A stretch of 64,000 nucleotides of DNA from Heterodontus francisci (Eukaryota), in NCBI RefSeq assembly GCF_036365525.1, contig NC_090388.1:65466258-65530257 (forward strand), written 5' to 3'. A model generated the notes under the pieces. It saw only the letters and a list, made by a program, of their open reading frames with translations. It did not search any database and was not told the origin of the DNA. Numbering within the stretch: position 1 is the stretch's first letter; every line of letters begins with the position of its first letter. Below, piece after piece: positions 25,360 to 38,481 of this stretch. Both the position numbers and the translations under genes were made by a program.

Positions 25360-26690
25360 ACCACAACTTGCACTTATATAATGTCTTTAATGTATGGGAC
25401 AAAAAATCCCAAATTGCTTCATGGGGCATAAGGAGAAAACTGGATGTCAAGCCTAAGCCGGAGACATTAGGAGGCAAGGCCAAAAGCTTGGTCAAAGAGG
25501 TGGGTTTTAAGTATGGTCCTTAAAGAAGAGAGAGAGGCTGGTGGGGTTTTGGGAGGAAATTGCAGGCCGTGGGGTCAAGGCAGCCAAAAGCACTGGCCCA
25601 ATGATGGGGCAAAGGGAAGGGCCACAGAAGAGGGCAAGTGAAAGGAATGAAGAAATTCCTGAAGATCGGAGATTGGCTTGCTAGGAGAATGGAATAGGTG
25701 GCAAGGCTATGTAGTTTGTGGCAGCCAATGATGATGGGTCTTAATGATGTTTATCTTAAGTTGTGGCTCATCCACGACTGGGTGTTGGACAAGCAGTCTA
25801 AGTACTTAGAAGCAGTGGAGGGATTGAGGCAGGTGGTACAGTGGTAGAGCTAAGTATTGTCAGATACATGTTGAAACTGACCCCAAGTCTGTGGATGATG
25901 TCAGCAAGGGGCAGTCTGGATAAGGAAGAGGAGGGGTCCAAGGATGGAGCCTTTGGGAACTCCAGAAGTAATGTAGGTGTTGGAACAGATGGAGCTGTTC
26001 TGGGTACAATCCAATAGATAAGCATGGAATCAAACAAGGGCAAGTCCCAGTGAGCTGGATAGTACAGGAAAGGTGTTGGAGGAAGATTGTGTGGTTGCCC
26101 ATATTCAAAGGCTACAGAGAGGAGGGATAATGCACCATGATCACAGTCACACTGGATGCAATTTGTGATTTGGTTAGTGCCTTTTCAGTGCTGTGGCAAA
26201 GGCAGAAACCTGGTTGGAAAGATTCAATTGGCAAGTTGTGGAAAAGATGCGCATGGATTTGGGAGATGACAACATGTTCAAGAATTTTGGAGAAATAAGG
26301 GAAACTGGAGATGTGGTAGTTTGCAAGAACAGAAGAGTTTAGGGTGAGTTTTCTGAGGAGGGGGAAATGAAAGCAGTTTTAACGTTGGGGAAAGGGAGCA
26401 ATGCCTGGGTTCAGGAAACCATTTACAATATCAGCTAACGGGCCAGCAGAGAAAATAGGGTCAAGGGAATAGGAGGTGGATCTCAGGGAGTGGGCGTGAG
26501 GTGAAATAGGAAAGCAATTAGAGAAAGATACAGGTTCAGGGCTAGATCAAGCATGAACCTAGGAGAAGGTTTAGTTTTGTGGGAGAACAGGGAAACAGAA
26601 GAGTAGATGAATGGATGGTCTTAAGCTTAGTGACAAAGAAGTCCATTAGCCCCTTGCACTTTTGGAGGGGACTGGGACAGGGGTTTAAAC
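25360..26690 (-). mobile_element. Old L2-clade LINE remnant
   Basis: Degenerate L2 RT region (GVPQG-like reading of CTTTGGGAACTCC on the minus strand) and L2 tail (CAACTTGCACTTATATAATG on the plus strand). Confidence 0.6.
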
Positions 26691-26816
26691 CCCAATGCTT
26701 TATTACTTAATGGCCCTGCTTCAAAAGCCTCCTAAAAATGCAACTCTTTGATCAACTCATTAGTCACCTTCCCAAACTCTACTCCAGTCAATGCTTGTAT
26801 TCCAGTTCTTTCCATT

Positions 26817-26948
26817 TCCGAAGAAGGGTCACTGACCCGAAACGTTAACTCTGCTTCTCTTTCCACAGATGCTGCCAGACCTGCTGAGTGATTCCAGCAT
26901 TTCTTGTTTTTGTTTCAGATTTCCAGCATCCGCAGTATTTTGCTTTTA
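26817..26948 (+). mobile_element. Penelope-derived mini-element (pLTR fragment) with hammerhead-like motif
   Basis: CCGAAGA-AGGGTCACTGACCC-GAAACGTT core. 11-bp TSD CTTTCCATTTC (26808-26818 and 26949-26959). Identical over ~100 nt to the copy at 43419-43584. Confidence 0.8.
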
Positions 26949-27130
26949 CTTTCCATTTCTATGATGTGCTTTGGGACATTTTATTATGTTAAATATACAT
27001 ATTTATTGTTAATGTAAGAAAGGAAGTAAGATAGAATTTTTTAAAACAAACAGATTTTAAATTGAAGCAGACACAAGTTCAAAGAACAATTGGAGGTATT
27101 TCTTGGGAGAGAAATATGGTGAGCAAATGG

Positions 27131-28198
27131 TGTCATGCTCACGAGCAGTGCAGCAATGAAAATACAGAACCAAACTGTAGAATTATAAAAATTGGAGCAA
27201 TTTTAAAGAGTGCTGTCAACAAAATGGAGGACAAGACACATGACCCTTGGCATCTCTTGCACTCAAATCTACATCCATGTCTACTAAAACTGAAAACCAA
27301 TGAAGCCCCGTCTGCATGGAAATGCAACACATAATCACACCTGGATGTGAGCTATACTCCAAAACAATGAGACAAGACCTTTCTCAGACTTCTCATCTCC
27401 GAATAACATCCATTACAATGGACTGTGAATCACCCTCATCTCAAAATCATCAAGGCTATTATACAGCCCAGCTAGGACTGAAACCTGACGTTACAAGGGT
27501 GAAGCCAACCCTTGTAAAATTCACCTTAAAAAGCAATCATTTTGAGGAACACGGGGAGTCTTTTCAGGACAGGACTAGAGATAGTCTGGACTGTCCTCAG
27601 CTCTGACAGTGCAACAAAAGTCATCTTGAATTCCAGCAAGGCTGAGAGAGTGAAATCAGTTCCAGCCAATACAGTTGAACCCTGCTGAGACAAGTGGAAG
27701 CTAGCTAGATCAGAATCAAGAGAGTGCCTTTACAAAAATGACGTTTCTATCATTCAGAATTGACCTAAGACATCGGCACCATCTTCAACCCAAAGCGAAC
27801 TGCCAGGAAACTGCAACAGCCCAATGAATGCCAAACAACCACTAACAGGCCTGCAACTGTAAAACTCCCCATCTGAGGGGATCCCAAGGGTTATTCCTGA
27901 AACAACAGACTTTTACAACCTGAACTCTGAACACTTCTTATCCTATACTGCTCTATCTATCTTCCCTTGAGAGTGTATCCGAGCATGAGTGGTGTAGCAA
28001 ACATTTTCAGGGAAAATGAGTATTGTTTAATAAATATTTAATATGCTGTTTTAAACCTACAAGAAAGCCTGTCACTGTTTGTTTATCTGGCAAATAAAAC
28101 ACAAGGGGTTAAAACACTAGTAACAAAAGCACTGTCTGTGGTCAGTTGGTAGATGAAATGTGGAAACCAGCCATGCCATCACCCACCTGGCCATAACA
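27131..28198 (+). mobile_element. Putative solo LTR (1068 bp) just upstream of the first coding exon of ASB15
   Basis: TGTCATG...CATAACA termini. Flanks ATGG/GTGG (4-bp TSD with one mismatch). AATAAA near the right end (~28009, ~28093). Confidence 0.6.
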
Positions 28199-28429
28199 GT
28201 GGGCTACGTTTATTAAAAATAAAACAGGCTTGTTTGAACCAAATGATCTCTTTTTGTTAAAAACTCTTATTCTAAATGGCCATTTATAACGTCAGAGAAC
28301 TCCTCAATTGAATTCTAGCCTCATAAATAAGTGCCAGGGATCTGTCATTCATACATAAGTTAACCATTACTTTCTTATTTTATCCATTCCCTCTTAGGTC
28401 GGAGTGCAGATTGTCCTACTCCCAAGATA

Positions 28430-28542
28430 ATGGATGCAAACACTGATTCGGTCAATGACCATCTCACTCAATATGCAATCCAGCTGAGTATTGAAGAGAG
28501 TATTGAAGCCAATAATCACTCATCATCTCGGTGTACTGAAAG
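28430..28542 (+). CDS. ASB15: ASB15 coding exon 1 (acceptor at 28397, so 5' UTR exon(s) lie upstream)
   Basis: MDANTDSVNDHLTQYAIQLSIEESIEANNHSSSRCTE+AG|gtaatt. Confidence 0.9.
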
Positions 28543-28611
28543 GTAATTTGATGCGGAACAGCATCTAAATTTGTAACAAAATGATACATCACTCTGATTC
28601 CGTTTAGTTCA

Positions 28612-29550
28612 TAAAAAATAGAAAGCAGAGAGTGGGAGTAAAAGGCAGTTATTCAAATTGGAGGAAGGTCGAAAGCAGTGTTCCAAAAGGGTCAATGCTG
28701 AGATCAGAGTTATTCATAATTTATATTAATGATTTGGATTTAGGAGTAAGTAACTCAATATCAAAATTTTCAGATGATACTGAGCTGGCGGGGGTGGGGG
28801 TGGGGAGGGTATAGCAAACACTGAGGAACAACACAACATAATACAAGAAGACAGTAGAAAACTTGCAGATTGGGAAGTTAACTGGCAAATGAACTTTAAC
28901 ATAGATAAATGTGAGGTGATGCATTTTGGTAGGAAAAACAAATATTACCTACACCTCAGAAAATAAGAAACTGAATGGGGTAGAAGAGCAATGTGATCTA
29001 TGGATACAGGTAAACAAATCATTAGAAGCAGCATTGCAGGTCAGCAAAGCAATTTAAACAGTTAACAAAGCACTGGGATTTATTTATAGGAGCATAGAAT
29101 TAAAAAGTAGTGAAGTTATATTAAACTTGTAGAGGATCCTGGTCAGACTGCACTTAGAGTACTGTGCACAGTTCTGGTCTCCATACTATAAAAAGGACAT
29201 AGAAACACTGGAGAAAGTGCAAAAAAAGTTTTAAAAATGCTACCAGAACTGAGACACTATAGCTCTCTGGAAAGATTGAACAGGTAGGGGCATTTTTCTT
29301 TATAAAAGTGAAGACTTAGTGGAGACATGATGGAGGTCCTAAAAATAGTGAATGGGTTTGACAAAGTAGATATGGAGAAAATGTTTCCACTTGTGGGAAA
29401 ATCCAAAACTAGAAACCATAAATACAAGGTAGTTACTAATAAATCCAATAAGGAAAAAAGGAGAATGGGAGGAGAAGTGTGTGGAGTATCAACAGCAGCA
29501 GAGACTAGTTGGGCCAATGGCACATTTCTCTGTTGTATATTCTATGTAAC
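28612..29550 (+). mobile_element. Old CR1 3' fragment in ASB15 intron
   Basis: [34 protein letters not shown]-like motifs, then 3' UTR. Confidence 0.85.
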
Positions 29551-29606
29551 TATTTTCATTAATCTGGAATAGGGACCTCACTCAACTTGTGCTATTTCTT
29601 TTATAG

Positions 29607-29659
29607 GTTTTTATCACCCAGCCAAGAAAACAGACAAATAGTGGAATCAATCAGGCAAG
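29607..29659 (+). CDS. ASB15: ASB15 coding exon 2
   Basis: ttatag|G FLSPSQENRQIVESIRQ G|gtacag, 53 nt. Confidence 0.9.
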
Positions 29660-29751
29660 GTACAGTATCTGACCTGCATGCAATGTGGTTTGTCGGGTTG
29701 TAGTTCTCAAAAATACTGACAACAAAAGCTTTTTTTTTCATTGTTTTCTAG

Positions 29752-29883
29752 GGGAAGTCTTTGCACTACAACAGTTGATGAAACATAAATTTGCTTTTGA
29801 TGAAGCGGATGAGAGGGGATGGTTTCCACTGCATGAGGCTGCTGTCCAGCCCATTCAACAAGTGCTTGAGATTGTACTGGACT
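29752..29883 (+). CDS. ASB15: ASB15 coding exon 3
   Basis: ttctag|[44 protein letters not shown]|gtaagt, 132 nt. Confidence 0.95.
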
Positions 29884-30868
29884 GTAAGTTCACATTATAT
29901 ACCAAGCCGTAATGTGGTAGAATATTAATAATGTCTTTCTATTAAAACAATGTTTCTCCCCAACCTACTCCCCACTTTCTTCAGGGCATCGAGTGTGATT
30001 CCATGGATCGTGGTCACCCTCCAATACCTCATCCAATTGGCCATTATTGATGTGTGACTCTTGACAGCAAGTGACAATAGGGTTTAATGCTATAGAGGCC
30101 ACTACAGCCGAGCCTAATCCTAACTGCATTGGATGTCCATATACCCTCACTTCGAACAAAGGATTTTGGATAGCAGTGTGGAGTAGAATCTTGCACCAGT
30201 TTTTCCAAGGGTTGCTGAGGTCAATTGCAATACTTAGATTGAGTTTACAGCACGGATACAGACCATTCAGCCCAGCTCGCCTGTGCCAGTGTTTATGCTC
30301 CACATGAACCTCCTCCCAGCCTACTTTATCTAACCCTATCAGCATAACCTCCTATTCCTTTCTCCCTCATGTGCTTATCTAGTTTCCCTTTAAATGCATC
30401 AATGCTATTCACCTCAACCACTCCTTGTGGATTAACAGCTGCCCTGGTTGTGATAAAGTCACTCAGCACAAAATGGATCCAACTTGGGATGCCTCTGGTC
30501 ATATGGCTTAGAAATCATACTGCACCTCTGGGGGAGCAATAGGATTTTGATGAAATGTAACATTTTCCAAGTGATGGGGATAAAATGAGTTTACACGTGT
30601 TAATTACATATTTTTGTAACTATCACCTCATCAATTGGCTGTGGATATAATAAATGCTGTGGTGTATTTTCCAATGGTATCGCAAAGAGGCAAAAGTCAC
30701 TGCCAAACCATGGTAGTTGTGCCTGTTCTGTGAGTACCTTTTGTGGTACACTGGTTCCCACTCTCTCAAGCTGATATGTTCATTATTTTTAGTAGGAATT
30801 ATGATTGGATAAAAAGGTAGATCAGTATATAAAAGTATCCTTTTATTTTTCTAAATTGTTAATTGTAG

Positions 30869-31027
30869 CATCCTATAAAACAATTTGGCAACAGAGGACT
30901 GAAGATGGAGATACCCCACTTACTTTGGCTGCTACAGGTGGAATGTTGGGGAATGTGCAGGCTCTTTTGGAGAAGCGGATCTGTCCCAATGTCACTAACA
31001 ACAGGGGAGAAACACCGCTATTGATTG
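30869..31027 (+). CDS. ASB15: ASB15 coding exon 4
   Basis: ttgtag|SYKTIWQQRTEDGDTPLTLAATGGMLGNVQALLEKRICPNVTNNRGETPLLI|gtaaat, 159 nt. Confidence 0.95.
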
Positions 31028-31835
31028 GTAAATAGATGTTTTTCCTTGTGATATTAGTTTGCTTTTCCTCCTCCCTTTTTTCCTGACTTCTGGTGGGGTA
31101 CAAATTAACTGCTAAGAGAGGGGCACTTCAATGTCAAACTTGACTTTGTTCCTCTCCTATGCACTTGCAGCACAGGTTTCCCTATTGAGTTAGCCAGCCA
31201 GGACACCCACTGGAAATGGGTGGGGCCTCATTAGTATATGCAAATTGGGGGCCAAAGGACACAGGCTCAGTCTTTGGCAGAAGACTGATGGAAACTCCAT
31301 AGAAAAAGTGCAATAGACATTTATATCATTTCATCAGGGTTTCTGTTGATGTTCCATCGAAATTCAATCAGGAGAAGCCCCATGGAAATTACAGATGTAA
31401 GTGGGAAGCTAACATTCCCTGAACATTTCAAATAAGGCTAAGTGGGTTTACAAAGTGCCAGGGGATCCAATGCACCATGGACTTTGTGAGCACTTTATAA
31501 AGCAAGTTTGACATTATGTGATTTATACTCCATGTGATATCAAGCCATAATGAGTTGAAACTACCCTTTTCTGGGGTTGGGCTCCGGCGCTTGAATTACA
31601 CTGCCAGTTTAACATCGGTATGGACCTGAAATCATTTCACACAAGTGCTAATCATGCAATGAAAACACTCTTATGTCAGAAATTTATTTCTAATGTTAAG
31701 GCCAACCTTTTAACCAAAAAATCATTACATTTAACAACCCCTGTCAGTACAGTTGATGACTGCTATCAAGACATTCTGCATCTTAAGATGTGCGATAACG
31801 TTCACACAAGACTAAGAAATATGTAGTATCAACAT

Positions 31836-34800
31836 CACCACACGTGTTGCCACTGCATAGTAGCAGCATGAAACAGCTAGCTTCACCTGTTGCTCAAATG
31901 TTTGGGATACATTACCCTTTCAGGGTAATCTGAGCTAGACTGGGCACTTTTCAAGGCCAAAACCGATGGCCTGAGGCCCGTTACTAAGTTTGCACAATAT
32001 ACAGCAAGAAATGATTTGATCAGGGTAACCATTGTCACACAGGATGCCTTTGATTCGCCCTATTTCAGCATCAAGCATCTTTTCTTTTGGGCCTCCTTAT
32101 CTCGAGAGACAATGGATACGCGCCTGGAGGTGGTCAGTGGTTTGTGAAGCAGTGCCTGGAGTGGCTATAAAGGCCAATTCTAGAGTGACAGGCTCTTCCA
32201 CAGGTGCTGCAGAGAAATTTGTTTGTCGGGGCTGTTGCACAGTTGGCTCTCCCCTTGCGCCTCTGTCTTTTTTCCTGCCAACTACTAAGTCTCTTCGACT
32301 CGCCACATTTTAGCCCCGTCTTTATGGCTGCCCGCCAGCTCTGGCGAACGCTGGCAACTGACTCCCACGACTTGTGATCAATGTCATAGGATTTCATGTC
32401 GCGTTTGCAGACGTCTTTAAAGCGGAGACATGGACGGCCGGTGGGTCTGATACCAGTGGCGAGCTCGCTGTACAATGTGTCTTTGGGGATCCTGCCATCT
32501 TCCATGCGGCTCACATGGCCAAGCCATCTCAAGCGCCGCTGACTCAGTAGTGTGTACAAGCTGGGGATGTTGGCCGCCTTGAGGACTTCTGTGTTGGAGA
32601 TACGGTCCTGCCACCTGATGCCAAGGATTCTCTGGAGGCAGCGAAGATGGAATGAATTGAGACGTCGCTCTTGGCTGACATACGTTGTCCAGGCCTCGCT
32701 GCCATAGAGCAAGGTTCTGAGGACACAGGCCTGATACACCCGGACTTTTGTGTTCCGTGTCAGTGCGCCATTTTCCCACACTCTCTTGGCCAGTCTGGAC
32801 ATAGCAGTGGAAGCCTTTCCCATGCGCTTGTTGATTTCTGCATCTAGAGACAGGTTACTGGTGATAGTTGAGCCTAGGTAGGTGAACTCTTGAACCACTT
32901 CCAGAGCGTGGTCGCCAATATTGATGGATGGAGCATTTCTGACGTCCTGCCCCATGATCGTTTTCTTAAGGCTGATGGTTAGGCCAAATTCATTGCAGGC
33001 AGCCGCAAACCTGTCGATGAGACTCTGCAGGCACTCTTCAGTGTGACATGTTAAAGCAGCATCGTCAGCAAAGAGGAGTTCCCTGATGAGGACTTTCCGT
33101 ACTTTGGACTTCGCTCTTAGACGGACAAGGTTGAACAACCTCCCCCCTGATCTTGTGTGGAGGAAAATTCCTTCTTCAGAGGACTTGAACGCATGTGAAA
33201 GCAGCAGACAGAAGAAAATCCCAAAAATTGTGGGTGCGAGAACACAGCCCTGTTTCACGCCACTCAGGATAGGAAAGGGCTCTGATGAGGAGCCACCATG
33301 TTGAATTGTGCCTTTCATATTGTCATGGAATGAGGTGATGATACTTAGTAGCTTTGGCGGGCATCCAATCTTTTCTAGTAGTCTGAAGAGACCACGTCTG
33401 CTGACGAGGTCAAAGGCTTTGGTGAGATCAATGAAAACAATGTAGAGGGGCATCTCTCTGTCATATTGGAACCTGTCATAGCCGCTAAACGCATTGCACT
33501 GCTGAACTACAAGAAAGCCCCCAGCGATTTAACATCCGCAGCACTTAAAGCAGCCAGAAGCACTGCACAAAGAACAGCCAGGCGCTGCGCAAACGACTAC
33601 TGGCAACACCTATGCAGTCATATTCAGCTGGCCTCAGACACCGGAAACATCAGAGGAATGCATGATGGCATGAAGAGAGCTCTTGGGCCAACCATCAAGA
33701 AGATCGCCCCCCTCAAATCTAAATCAGGGGACATAATCACTGACCAACACAAACAAATGGACGGCTGGGTTGAGCACTACCTAGAACTGTACTCCAGGGA
33801 GAATGCTGTCACTGAGACTGCCCTCAATGCAGCCCAGCCTCTACCAGTCATGGATGAGCTGGACATACAGCCAACCAAATCGGAACTCAGTGATGCCATT
33901 GATTCTCTAGCCAGCGGAAAAGCCCCTGGGAAGGACAGCATTACCCCTGAAATAATCAAGAGTGCCAAGCCTGCTATACTCTCAGCACTACATGAACTGC
34001 TATGCCTGTGCTGGGACGAGGGAGCAGTACCCCAGGACATGCGCGATGCCAATATCATCACCCTCTATAAAAACGAAGGTGACCGCGGTGACTGCAACAA
34101 CTACCGTGGAATCTCCCTGCTCAGCATAGTGGGGAAAGTCTTTGCTCGAGTCGCTCTGAACAGGCTCCAGAAGCTGGCCGAGCGCGTCTACCCTGAGGCA
34201 CAGTGTGGCTTTTGTGCAGAGAGATCGACTGTTGACATGCTGTTCTCCCTTCGTCAGATACAAGAGAAATGTCGCGAACAACAGATGCCCCTCCACATTG
34301 CTTTCATCAAGCATGCATGGTGAGCAAATGGCTCAGGCCTTATTTACAAGGTTGATGATAAGGCCAATCTTATAGCATGTGGAACTGTAAGAATCCCAAC
34401 GCTTATATTGAGCAGTGAAGGTAGGCTTACGGTAGACCATGGTAGAGAACCCCTTAACAGACTTCTCAACTAGTACGTCAAGGAAAGGGAGCTCATTTGA
34501 CTGCTCTGTTTCAAAGGTGAATGTGAGTGCAGGATAGAGCCCATTAAGACGTGTAAGGAAATTATTACATGGAGCTGCAGATTGAAATATAGCAAACGTA
34601 CCATCAACATATCAGAAATATGCAAGAGGTAGGAGGTTAGGTGTGATTCGCTGGGAGACCTGTTTCTCACGGAACCCAACAAAGATTATTGCGAGAGCTG
34701 GGCTTAGAGGGGATCCCATGGCAACATCATCTATTTGGGCATACATAGTGTCATTAAAACTGAACTCAACTGCACGAGTTGCCGAGTTCATAAGTTCAAT

Positions 34801-35400
34801 GAATACTGATTCATGCAATGGTGGCAGGTCTAGATCACCATGATATAGTGCTGCAACGTAAATATCTATGGCTTCCTTAAGTGGTACATTGGTGAATAGG
34901 CTAGCAATGTCAAATGAACACATGGACACGGCATTGCTATCGATATGCAAGTCCTGTATGGTCTTTGCAAATGTGAAGGAATCCTTCACCTTGTATGTGG
35001 AGAACTTGCTTAAAACTGGTTGTAACAATTCACCCAACCATTTGGCCAATTCATGTTGTGCAGAACCAGTCATAGATAAGATAGGGCGTACAGGAACATC
35101 ACTTTTTTTGCAAAAATTTGAGCAGCAGCTGAAATTAGCTGTTTCACACTGCTGCTAAGCAGTTGCAACACGTGTGGTGTTCGCCACTAACAGGATGCTG
35201 CTGTCAAGCCAAAAAGACATTCTGCCTATCACACAAATGAGTAATGTGATATATGAATTTCAATGCCAGTGTGATGCTAGGTATATAGGCCGTACTTTCC
35301 AAAGACTGGCGGATCGTATCAACAACATGCCCCTTCCGTTGTTCACAACGAGCAAGGTACAGGCCATACCCAACCAGCCCCTGCTTGCAAAACTGAAAAC
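31836..35400. mobile_element. Penelope-like element: RT on minus (35100 to 31836, split by the RTE), GIY-YIG part on plus (35111-35400)
   Basis: SFDIASLFTNVP, AMGSPLSP, YVDGTF, YRKPT and NGYP on the minus strand. SNVIYEFQCQCDARYIGRT..RLADRI on the plus strand. Confidence 0.88.
32079..34304 (-). mobile_element. RTE-clade LINE, young, with inverted 5' segment
   Basis: A 439-aa minus ORF (FIDLTKAFD, GVKQGCVLAP, LFADD, C-terminal C2H2-like CSTC..H) and a 285-aa plus ORF encoding the upstream part. 10-bp TSD CATCAAGCAT at 32069-32078 and 34305-34314. Confidence 0.95.
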
Positions 35401-37654
35401 GAGACGAAAAAGCTTTGACAAAATGTCTCTGTTTTCGGCAAAACTCAAGTTCAGTACTACCAAATGCAACATCATTATCATGGGTTTATCCAGAAATAAT
35501 TTGCAGTTGATTTCAATGCAGTTCTCTGTCCCATACATATATACACTAAAATAATATTAAAAAGCAATTGATCTCCCTGAGATTTGTTCCATCTGCTGTG
35601 CCATTTGAAGTCCCATGGGATTAAAATGCAGCTGGTGCTCTTTGAATAGAAACCCCGTTCTAAAGATGCACAGTATTGCGTTATTGCACCTGTCCACATC
35701 AGAACGTGATATTGAACAACATTGGCTGAGGGATTGTACAACTATTAATATATTATGAATACAGTCTGGAATATGACAACTGTAAAACATTTACCAACTG
35801 TGAACAATAACAGCAATGTAAAAGACAGGATTAATTCTCCAGCCTTATTCTGAAGTCTGTCACAATTATGACAAAATGCAGTTAAAATGCTCACCTTACT
35901 GGGGAGTTTTCAGCCTCGTTTGGATTCTGGGACACCCTTGTTCTGAAGACGTAAGTCCTGAACTTTTGGGAAAGGAATAAATTGCAATGCAAATTTGCAA
36001 AGGCTGCATAGAACATTACTTAAATTTTTGCATTAGGTTTTGTTTTAAAACAAATTTAATCCACATGGTCAGATAGTATCGTGACAGAAAACACCATTTC
36101 TTGCTTCTCTGTGTACAAATAGTTCTGTGGAATATTTCAGCTGACAACCATGTGTCATTAAATGGTTGTTGTGCTGCTGTGTGCTTCTTCATTTTCCTTT
36201 TAGGGAAAGTGCTCCTGATACCATGGAGGATAATGGAAAGCTGTTTTAGTGGACCACAAAACATTAAACTCAGTGAGGGGTTGAGGTGACATCATTCAAT
36301 GTAAATGTGAAGCTCAAACATGATTGAAAATGGGATTGCATCAGAAATTGCGCATCTAACCATCCACTAATTCATTATATGGCATCCACTGTCTCAACCA
36401 ATCCCTTGAAATCTCCTTTTCTTTCCAATGCACTTGTCTTTTCCTTGCTGCAGGAAATATTCAGGTGCTGTGTTCCTGAGGCTAAGGGATGACTTTACTC
36501 TTTGACCCTGCACCCGAAGCCTTGCTCAGTGTCTGAACAGGAGTGTCCTACTGCATTACCAGCCTTTCTCCCCAACAGGTTCTAGCAGAATGAATTGTTA
36601 GTCATAGGATGTATATTTTTGAGACCTCTATATTTAAAAAATGAACCATAACTTATAGATTTATTCTTCATGTAATTATTGATTGGAACAGAAGTTTCTG
36701 CAGAGTGTACCAGGAATTAGGAAACCTCTTCTTTCAGGATGAATCTCCTACCTGGTGGAGTCAAGCCTTGAGTGAAAAAAATCATTCCTTTTGTTCAGCT
36801 ATTCTAACCCATAACTCTTCAATCCATGTTCTCTCACTTACTTATAATCATTTCTAAAGCCTTGTATTTACACTGCAAGCACCATGGTAAGTGGTAGAGA
36901 TTACTAACAGTAAATTTATAAATCACCCAATAGAGGGCGGTCCATTACTATGTTTCCTGTGTTTCAATCCCAGGCCTTTGTTTATGGATACCACAGCTCC
37001 GTATAAATTAAAGCACTCATAGCTATGTAAGGAATAGAGCTATCCAATTTTCTCATAAGGTACATCATTGGCAATCCCTTGATAAGCGAGTAAGATTGTT
37101 TCTCAGTATAACATTGGAGTTTTAAGATTGGCCGCATCTTTGAACATTTAGATTGTTTTGTAAGCCAATCCTAGAGCGACAGACTTTACCACAAAGCTGA
37201 CACATGAAAAACAAATTGATGGTACTCCAACTTCTCCCCAGTCAATAACCATCAATGGAATGATTCTAGAGAATATAGACTACTTTGCACACCGATGTCA
37301 TAAAGTACAATATTCAAATGTTGCACTGGAATGCATCGAGTGTAGTATAGCATATCATACTGGAACTCAGGGCCTGGGATATTTGGCTGTCTTCAGACTT
37401 GTACTAAAAGCTTCTGGGATATATAAAATTATTCCATTTCACATTTAAAATCCATGTCAAAGGGGACATTAAGGCACAGTTAAGTGCTGTTGCCACACAA
37501 AGTAGAATATTTGGGATTGGGATGGGCATTCACTGGTCCCTTTAAAGACTGTATGGTCATGGGGAGTGTGCTTTTCAAGTCTCAATGCAAATTTATTAAA
37601 GGGAGACTATACATTACAAGATTAAAAAATAAACAATGGCCCTGATCTTGACTG

Positions 37655-38300
37655 GGGCAGGTTTTGTGAGTGAGGTGGGGGGAGGGGTTTTGGTTGGGAT
37701 GCACATTCTGCAGTTTTAACATCACAGCGTGTGTCTTCTTTTTCCAGCATGTTCCCCACCCGGAAGCCAGCCTGATTTACAGGCTTGGCTCCCTGTTGGA
37801 TGGGGAATATCTTGAGGAGACTGCAGCCCGGGAGGAGGTAGGGAACCTGCAGCTGAGTTAGTGGTAGCATGATGGAAGGACAGGGTCCGGATCTTGGGTG
37901 TGGTCAGTGATCCCAGGGCAGGGGGTGGGGTGCTCTCATCATGGGGATGTCAGTGGTCATGGGTGCGGTGTCTGATGGTGAACAATGAATCTGATATGCT
38001 TGGTGGGCTGGGAGCAAGCACGCCTACTCCTCCTGGCCCCCACCAACAAGTTCTACACTCCCTTCAGTGCCTGGTTTCCAAATGCCCAGGAAACCCGGCC
38101 AGCTAGAGTTAAACCTGGAAGATAGGTTAAATCAGAGACATGCAACTTAATTATAATATTTGAATGACCAACCAGTCTTGTGAGGGCAGGTTGGTTTCCC
38201 TCCCTGCCTCCATTAAAATCCGGAAGTGGGCGGGTTGGAGGAAGTTGAGATTTTTTTCTAAATTTTCACATCTCACCCGACCCAAGCCAACCCATTCTAG
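37655..38300. mobile_element. GC-rich non-autonomous DNA-transposon (MITE-like) remnant
   Basis: GC-rich block in an AT-rich intron with loosely complementary ends (GGTTGGG.../...CCCGACCC..AACCC). TIRs are not clean. Confidence 0.35.
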
Positions 38301-38481
38301 TTTTGAGGCTTTGCTGTTACTGTTTCTGATATCATCAATACCCTTGAAGTGTGATGTAACCTTCTATCCTGCATTCATCCAGTTGGAATCCTCGACATAT
38401 TTATTCAGTTTCATTTTGTATTTCGAAGTTACTTGTTCAAATTTCTTCTTCTTGTGTTTCTGTGTATTGTACATTTCTAAG

